Below the pieces are notes generated by a model. It was not told the DNA's origin. It saw only the letters and a program-made list of their open reading frames with translations, and did not search any database. Shown here piece after piece: positions 63,317 through 64,000 of a stretch of DNA of 64,000 bases. Every line of letters begins with the position of its first letter. The stretch's first letter is position 1. A program made the position numbers and the translations under genes. Origin of the DNA: Nitrosopumilus sp. (GTDB lineage Archaea; Thermoproteota; Nitrososphaeria; Nitrososphaerales; Nitrosopumilaceae); contig OZ245040.1 of assembly GCA_965224195.1 (NCBI GenBank), positions 1,312,001-1,376,000 on the forward strand. The letters run 5' to 3'.

Positions 63317-63844
63317 ATGAGTAGTTCTTTTGACAGACCAGATTGGGACGAATATTTTATGCTTCAAGCAGAACTAGCAAAACTTCGTTCCAACTGTATG
63401 ACTAGACAAGTAGGTGCAGTAATAGTCAGAAACCATAGACAGTTAGCAACCGGATATAATGGGACCCCACCTGGAATCAAAAATTGTTTTGAAGGAGGAT
63501 GTAAGAGATGCCAACTTCGCATGGAGGGAAAAATTGAGTCTGGAGCATCACTTGATAGATGTCTGTGCAATCATGCAGAAGCTAATGCAATCATGCATTG
63601 CGCAATCTTAGGAATTGAAGCAGGAACAGAAGGAGCAATTCTGTACACAACATTTGTGCCATGCCTAGAATGTACAAAAATGGCCATAACCATTGGAATT
63701 AGAAAATTTGTTTGTCTTGATGCATATCCTGAAACAGATTATGACTTGCTGGAAGAAGCGGGAGTAGAAGTGGTTAGTTTGGACAAAAATAAAATTACAA
63801 AATGGGCAAAAGCACTGGTAGATAAATGCGAAAATTCAGAGTGA
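63317..63844 (+). CDS. dCMP deaminase
   Basis: WDEYFM, GYNG, HAEANA and PCLEC motifs. Confidence 0.93.
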   Translation: MSSSFDRPDWDEYFMLQAELAKLRSNCMTRQVGAVIVRNHRQLATGYNGTPPGIKNCFEGGCKRCQLRMEGKIESGASLDRCLCNHAEANAIMHCAILGIEAGTEGAILYTTFVPCLECTKMAITIGIRKFVCLDAYPETDYDLLEEAGVEVVSLDKNKITKWAKALVDKCENSE

Positions 63845-63848
63845 GAAA

Positions 63849-64000
63849 ATGCAAGTAAGTTTACCAAAAATTGAAAAAATTGAATCAATGTTACCTTCAA
63901 TGTTAGTGTCAGCTACATATGATAACATTTCTAAATCAGTTATTTTAAAATTCTATGAACCAGAATCAAAAAAGCTATTTTTATGGCATGATGAAACAAA
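63849..64000 (+). CDS. Family B DNA polymerase N-terminus (partial)
   Basis: SMLVSATYD...ILKFYEPES.KL.LW.DE resembles the thaumarchaeal PolB1 N-terminus. Confidence 0.7.
   Translation, partial: MQVSLPKIEKIESMLPSMLVSATYDNISKSVILKFYEPESKKLFLWHDET

Overview
AT-rich ammonia-oxidising archaeal DNA (Nitrosopumilaceae-like, Thaumarchaeota). Core blocks at about 24-50 kb and 58.9-64 kb include ilvD, aRF1, cbtBA, phnDCE, purP, aspS-gatCAB, an acyl-CoA synthetase, pduO, tRNA-Phe, a Hef helicase, dCMP deaminase and the start of polB. They alternate with eroding accessory regions (1-24 kb and 50-58 kb, the latter directly after tRNA-Phe) rich in IS5-family elements, secreted proteins and nonsense or frameshift pseudogenes, which suggests a genome in early decay, possibly a host-associated lineage. 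The most striking signal is three isolated repeat-spacer-repeat units in or next to secreted-protein genes: a 37, 38 or 54 bp exact duplication of host sequence encloses a unique 35-38 bp insert, and all three start at a shared YACW^GYWMCA motif resembling a CRISPR repeat end, with no cas genes in the window. Other notable items are a HicBA-like pair inside 56-bp inverted repeats, a decayed integrase/HEPN/DUF3800 island and a 4.2-kb inversion at a 9-bp microhomology that splits a membrane-protein gene. All family assignments come from motif recognition by eye, not database searches.
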